The position numbers and the translations under genes are program-made. Source: Candidatus Methanophagaceae archaeon (lineage in GTDB: Archaea; Halobacteriota; Syntropharchaeia; Alkanophagales; Methanospirareceae). From it: a stretch of 32,000 nucleotides of DNA. The stretch lies in contig PQXB01000001.1 in the NCBI GenBank assembly GCA_003194425.1, positions 1,000,444 through 1,032,443 of the forward strand, read 5' to 3'. Below the pieces are notes generated by a model. The model was not told where the DNA came from. It saw nothing but the letters and a program-made list of their open reading frames with translations, and did not search any database. Each line of letters begins with the position of its first letter. Within the stretch, counting starts at the first letter, position 1. Shown in pieces: positions 31,157 through 32,000 of this stretch.

Positions 31157-31194
31157 ATTTTTTTCACTGCGTCTCATTTTTTTCACTGCGTCTC
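31157..31194 (-). repeat. 19-bp perfect tandem duplication (plus strand ATTTTTTTCACTGCGTCTC x2) spanning the stop codon of the zinc-ribbon gene
   Basis: Copies at 31157..31175 and 31176..31194. The stop TGA (31166..31164) lies in the distal copy. Confidence 0.95.
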
Positions 31195-32000
31195 TTTTTC
31201 TTGCTCTCGCCCCCACAATTTGGACAGAACCTGGCTAAAATCGGTCGCAACTCGCCGCACTCCGAGCACTCCTCGAGCAACTGCCGCCCGCAGTTCTGAC
31301 AAAAAAGGGCAGCCACCCCCCCTGCCCCGCTTCGCAGAGGGAAGCCGCACCACGGGCACTTCCCCTCCCTCAAGCGAGAGCGGGAGACGCGCTCGAAGCT
31401 GAAGAGTTGCTTCTTGAGGTAAGCGAGCGTGACAGCACACGCCACTGCTCCGAGAATTGAAATTCCGAGCACGTGCACGAACTTCCACACATTCTCAACA
31501 ATCATAAAAATCAGCAAGAGCGAGGCAAAAGCCAAAAACGCGTTCGCGTGCAGCAGGTACTTGCTCCTCGCCTTTTTCGCCCGCAGGAAGACGAAAATCG
31601 CGACCGCCAAGAGTGGAAGCACAAAAGCCAACCGCACTGCCAAGACCTTCAGTCTGTATTTTTGGTAAGCCCTGTCGTACTCCTCCCGCGCCAACTCACG
31701 AGCCTTGTGCAGCTCTCCCTGCTTTTCGTCCAGCCGCCCCCGAACCTCGTCGTAAACGGCTTGTGCTGCCTCCAGTCTCTCCTGCGACTCGTTGTACCTC
31801 GCCCTCGCCTCTTCCCACTCCCGCTCTTTTACCGCGTCCTCCCCGCCTTTGTCGAGAATTACGCGGTACTCCTCCCTCTTGAACAAATACTTCTCTTTGG
31901 CACTGGAAAATTCCTTCTCCACGTCTGTGAGGGTTTCGCGGGCTGTTCTGAGTTCCGCGGAAATGTTGTCTTTCTCTGCCTTCAACCTGTAGACGCCGTG
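31164..32000 (-). CDS. membrane protein with N-terminal coiled coil, three TM helices and C-terminal double zinc ribbon; 5' end probably beyond window
   Basis: The track start 31985 is a TTG, and the frame stays open to 32000 (HGVYRLKAEKD...). Charged heptad-like N-terminus, then TM helices. CPWCGFPL...CQNCGRQLLEECSECGELRPILARFCPNCG gives four CxxC pairs. Confidence 0.6.
   Translation of the reverse strand, partial: HGVYRLKAEKDNISAELRTARETLTDVEKEFSSAKEKYLFKREEYRVILDKGGEDAVKEREWEEARARYNESQERLEAAQAVYDEVRGRLDEKQGELHKARELAREEYDRAYQKYRLKVLAVRLAFVLPLLAVAIFVFLRAKKARSKYLLHANAFLAFASLLLIFMIVENVWKFVHVLGISILGAVACAVTLAYLKKQLFSFERVSRSRLREGKCPWCGFPLRSGAGGVAALFCQNCGRQLLEECSECGELRPILARFCPNCGGESKKKRRSEKNETQ

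Noticed and set aside
1-32000. Searched by eye for rRNA, C/D-box sRNAs, transposase/integrase genes, inteins and prophage genes
   Set aside because: Nothing convincing was found. Intergenic regions are short (mostly under 100 nt), and none shows paired C (RUGAUGA) and D (CUGA) boxes at the right spacing.

Overview
Archaeal chromosomal segment, roughly 90% coding. It holds 31 protein-coding genes (two cut by the window edges) and one tRNA-Val(GAC). I saw no rRNA, CRISPR array, transposase or integrase. All family calls come from reading motifs by eye; no BLAST or HMM search was run.

Content from left to right:
(i) A low-G+C left edge with a partial coiled-coil gene and a beta-class DNA methyltransferase fused to an Mrr-like nuclease-fold domain. 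The methyltransferase starts 5 nt after the gatD stop.
(ii) Housekeeping and lipid genes: gatD, argH, a polyprenyl synthase, aTrm56, a CooC-type ATPase, a GT39-like glycosyltransferase and an APS-kinase-like protein.
(iii) A 9-kb, six-gene, translationally coupled cell-envelope operon: two DUF3344-like paralogues, two PGF-CTERM proteins, a COG1361-like protein, an orphan FecB/BtuF-type binding protein and an 822-aa anchored protein.
(iv) Methanogenesis-marker genes: Mmp14-like, Mmp17-like and McrC-family Mmp7. These point to an MCR-encoding host (methanogen or alkane/methane oxidiser) with a thermophile-like charged proteome.
(v) An isolated L19e-L18-S5-L30 ribosomal block flanked by a LarA-like gene and GGGP synthase.
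(vi) A PfkB kinase, a DUF447-like protein, tRNA-Val, a Yip1-family membrane protein and a coiled-coil/TM/double-zinc-ribbon protein.

The most unusual sequence-level signal is a high density of near-perfect short tandem duplications (9-24 bp). They are purine-rich on the sense strand. Inside conserved genes the unit is always a multiple of 3. The 13-, 19- and 22-bp units occur only at gene edges or between genes. The best candidate for an undescribed system is the envelope operon at 12110-21128.
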